From Clostridia bacterium (lineage in GTDB: Bacteria; Bacillota; Clostridia; UMGS1883), in the NCBI GenBank assembly GCA_051866635.1, contig JBJDXJ010000038.1, forward strand, positions 146,372 through 210,371: a stretch of 64,000 bases of DNA, in the 5' to 3' direction. Of this stretch, positions 61,019 to 64,000 are shown piece by piece. The notes beneath the pieces were generated by a model that saw only the letters and a program-made list of their open reading frames with translations, did not search any database and was not told where the DNA came from. The position numbers and the translations under genes were made by a program. How positions within the stretch are numbered: position 1 is the stretch's first letter; the number at the start of each line of letters is the position of its first letter.

Positions 61019-63778
61019 ATGAAAGATGTAGACAAAAGAAAAGCGGCAAAGCAGTTTATTGAATACTGGAAGGACAAAGGTTACGAGAAAGGCGAAAGCC
61101 AGCCTTTTTGGCTTGAACTTTTGGGTAATGTTTTTGGTGTTGAAAGTCCTGCACATTATATTAAATTTGAAGAACAAGTGCATCTTGACCATACCAGCTT
61201 TATTGATGGGTTTATTCCTACAACACACGTGTTGATTGAACAAAAAGGTGCAGGAAAGGATTTGAGAAAGCCTATCAAACAGTCAGACGGAACATTACTT
61301 ACCCCTTTCCAGCAGGCACAAAGATATTCTGCTGTATTGCCTTACTCACAAAGACCTCGTTGGATTGTTACTTGCAATTTTACTGAATTTTTGATATATG
61401 ACATGGAAAAGCCGACGGGAGAGCCTGAAAGTATTTTGCTTAAAGATTTTGAAAAAGAGTACTATCGCTTACAGTTTCTTGTAGATAAAGATGATGATAA
61501 TATCAAAAAGGAAATGGAGTTGTCTATTCAGGCAGGTAATATTGTGGGCTTGATATATGATGAGCTCTTAAAGCAATACATAAATCCCGAAAATGAATAC
61601 AGTTTGAAAAGCCTTAATATGCTTTGTGTTCGTCTTGTGTTTTGCTTGTATGCAGAAGATGCCGGAATTTTTGGCGGTCATAACAAGTTTCATAATTATC
61701 TTCGCTCAGTATCTGCAAAAGATGCACGCAGAGCATTGATCGATTTGTTTAAGGTTTTAGATACAAAGATTAAAGACCGTGACCCATATATGGATAAAGA
61801 GCTTGCTGATTTTCCCTATGTCAATGGCGGTTTGTTTGCAGACGAAAATATCGAAATCCCACAGCTGAATGAAAAAATCATGAATTTGCTTATTGAGAAA
61901 GCGAGTGAAGATTTTGATTGGAGCGGTATCAGCCCCACCATCTTCGGTGCAGTATTTGAAAGTACATTAAACCCCGAAACAAGACGCTCGGGCGGTATGC
62001 ATTATACTTCCATTGAAAATATACATAAGGTTATTGACCCGTTGTTTTTAGATGAGCTGAGTGCTGAACTTGATGAAATCGGTACCATCAAGGTTGGTAA
62101 GGTGCGTGAAAACAAAATTAATGCATACAGAGAAAAGTTGGCAGGTTTAACTTTCTTAGACCCTGCTTGTGGAAGCGGTAATTTCTTGACAGAAACATAT
62201 ATGTCCCTTCGTAGGCTCGAAAATAAAGCCCTTGAGTTATTGTCAAGCGGGCAGATGCTTCTTGATACAGGCGATGTTATAAAGGTGTCAATCAGTCAGT
62301 TCTATGGCATTGAAATAAATGACTTTGCTGTAACGGTTGCAAAGACAGCCCTTTGGATAGCGGAAAGCCAGATGATGAAAGAAACAGAAAATATAGTTAA
62401 AAGGGAAATTGAATTTTTACCTTTGAAATCTTACGCTAATATTGTTGAGGGAAATGCACTTCGTATTGATTGGGAAACAGTTGTACCAAAGAATAAGCTT
62501 AACTATATCATGGGTAATCCACCTTTTGTAGGAAAAAAAGAGCAAACAAAGGAACAAAAGACAGAAATCATAGCTCTTTTTGATAAAAACGCAAAAGGAG
62601 TTGGCAATCTTGATTATGTGTGCGGATGGTATATTAAGGCAGCAAAGTTTATCTTGAACACGAGTATATCGTGTGCATTTGTATCTACAAATTCAATAAC
62701 TCAAGGAGAACAAGTTCCTATATTGTGGAAATGTTTAATTGGATTTGGTATTAATATTAATTTTGCACATAGAACATTTAAATGGAATAGTGAGGCTGCA
62801 GAAAAGGCGGCTGTTCACTGTGTGATTATCGGATTCTCTTATGTGAACAAATCGAAAAAGGTAATATTTACGTCAGATAGGTATGTGAATGTTTCAAATA
62901 TAAATCCATATTTGGTAGATGCTCCTACGGTTTTAATAGAAAATCGCAGTAAAAGTATCTGTGATGTTCCTGCTATTATGTATGGAAGTATGCCGATTGA
63001 TGATGGTCATTTGATTTTATCTGCGGAAGATACAGAGGTCCTCCTTAAAGAAAACCGTATGAATATCAAATTCGTAAAAAAATATCTTGGTGGTGCAGAA
63101 TTGCTACGAAATACTGACAGATGGTGTTTATGGTTAAAGGATGTTTCCCCTAAAGATATTCAACAATCTAAATTTATTGTTGAAAGATTAAAACGTGTAA
63201 AACTATTTAGAGAGAGCAGTAACAGACCTCAAACGAAAATACTTGCGGATACTCCTGCTTTGTTTGGAGAAATACGACAACCAAACAGCGATATGTTAGT
63301 TATTCCTAAGGTTTCATCAGAAAATCGTAAATATATTCCTATTGGTTTTATTTCACCGGATATAATCGTTAATGGTAGTGCATTAATAATTCCGGATGCA
63401 ACATTATATCATTTTGGTATATTATCTTCTAACATTCATAATGCATGGATGAGAATGGTAGCAGGCAGATTAAAAAGCGATTACCAGTATTCGGGTACTA
63501 TCGTTTATAACAACTTTCCTTGGGCTACACCAACAGAGGAACAAAAGGCAAAAATAGAAAAAACAGCACAGGCTATTTTAGATGCCCGTGCAATGTATCC
63601 TGATTGTTCCCTTGCAGATTTGTATGATGAACTTACAATGCCTTCTGAGATACGTAAAGCTCATCAGGAAAATGACAGGGCGGTAATGCAGGCATATGGT
63701 TTTGATATTAAAACTACAACGGAAAGTTCGTGTGTGGCTGAATTAATGAAAATGTATCGAGAATTGATAAAGGAATAA
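61019..63778 (+). CDS. Type IIL (MmeI-like) fused restriction-modification enzyme
   Basis: IDG..LIEQK nuclease, YVNGGLF, GMHYT, DPACGSGNFL, GNPPF, YNNFPW. Confidence 0.9.
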   Translation: MKDVDKRKAAKQFIEYWKDKGYEKGESQPFWLELLGNVFGVESPAHYIKFEEQVHLDHTSFIDGFIPTTHVLIEQKGAGKDLRKPIKQSDGTLLTPFQQAQRYSAVLPYSQRPRWIVTCNFTEFLIYDMEKPTGEPESILLKDFEKEYYRLQFLVDKDDDNIKKEMELSIQAGNIVGLIYDELLKQYINPENEYSLKSLNMLCVRLVFCLYAEDAGIFGGHNKFHNYLRSVSAKDARRALIDLFKVLDTKIKDRDPYMDKELADFPYVNGGLFADENIEIPQLNEKIMNLLIEKASEDFDWSGISPTIFGAVFESTLNPETRRSGGMHYTSIENIHKVIDPLFLDELSAELDEIGTIKVGKVRENKINAYREKLAGLTFLDPACGSGNFLTETYMSLRRLENKALELLSSGQMLLDTGDVIKVSISQFYGIEINDFAVTVAKTALWIAESQMMKETENIVKREIEFLPLKSYANIVEGNALRIDWETVVPKNKLNYIMGNPPFVGKKEQTKEQKTEIIALFDKNAKGVGNLDYVCGWYIKAAKFILNTSISCAFVSTNSITQGEQVPILWKCLIGFGININFAHRTFKWNSEAAEKAAVHCVIIGFSYVNKSKKVIFTSDRYVNVSNINPYLVDAPTVLIENRSKSICDVPAIMYGSMPIDDGHLILSAEDTEVLLKENRMNIKFVKKYLGGAELLRNTDRWCLWLKDVSPKDIQQSKFIVERLKRVKLFRESSNRPQTKILADTPALFGEIRQPNSDMLVIPKVSSENRKYIPIGFISPDIIVNGSALIIPDATLYHFGILSSNIHNAWMRMVAGRLKSDYQYSGTIVYNNFPWATPTEEQKAKIEKTAQAILDARAMYPDCSLADLYDELTMPSEIRKAHQENDRAVMQAYGFDIKTTTESSCVAELMKMYRELIKE

Positions 63779-63797
63779 TACTTTGATGTTGTGGGGG

Positions 63798-64000
63798 CGG
63801 GACGTCGAGGACGCCGTCCCCTACAAATTTTGTATTGTATAATGAAAAATGCTGTGCAACATGGGTGAATTGGTGTAAACGGGACGTCGAGGACGCCGTC
63901 CCCTACAAATTTTGTATTGTATAAAGAAAAATGCTGTGCAACATGGGGTGAATTGGTGTAAACGGGACGTCGAGGACGCCGTCCCCTACAAATTTTGTAT
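63798..64000. repeat. Tandem 82-83-bp units each with a GTAG-type REP-like palindrome
   Basis: cgggacgtcgaggacgccgtcccctac at 63798, 63880, 63963; intervening sequences nearly identical; runs off edge. Confidence 0.85.

Noticed and set aside
63798-64000. CRISPR array
   Set aside because: Intervening sequences are nearly identical, not unique spacers; no cas genes seen

Overview
Low-GC Firmicute (Clostridia-like, spore-forming) chromosomal window. Housekeeping genes (walJ-like, murA, threonine aldolase, orphan GyrA/ParC, cysK, GATase-less guaA, Met and Cys ABC transporters, nadA, mnmA, cotJABC) alternate with accessory DNA. Main observations: (1) cotJC is split at a 17-bp core (58569-58585); its missing 3' end occurs as three diverged 73-bp copies (36693, 37710, 40118), each with core, arm and terminator, giving a tandem array of 1.0, 2.4 and 18.4 kb cargo units with no recombinase inside. 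(2) A tyrosine recombinase gene lies between perfect 26-bp inverted repeats together with an outward-facing promoter and a terminator, i.e. a probable self-inverting ON/OFF switch (here OFF) for a vWA surface protein. (3) An unannotated Met/Cys-rich 46-aa leader peptide plus terminator precedes the Met/Cys transport operon, whose MetQ is circularly permuted. (4) A DpnII-type RM island sits between 34-bp att repeats at the guaA 3' end. (5) A DUF4417-toxin-immunity triad, two structured MITEs, a type IIL RM gene and tandem REP-like repeats. All calls are by eye from motifs; no database searches were run.
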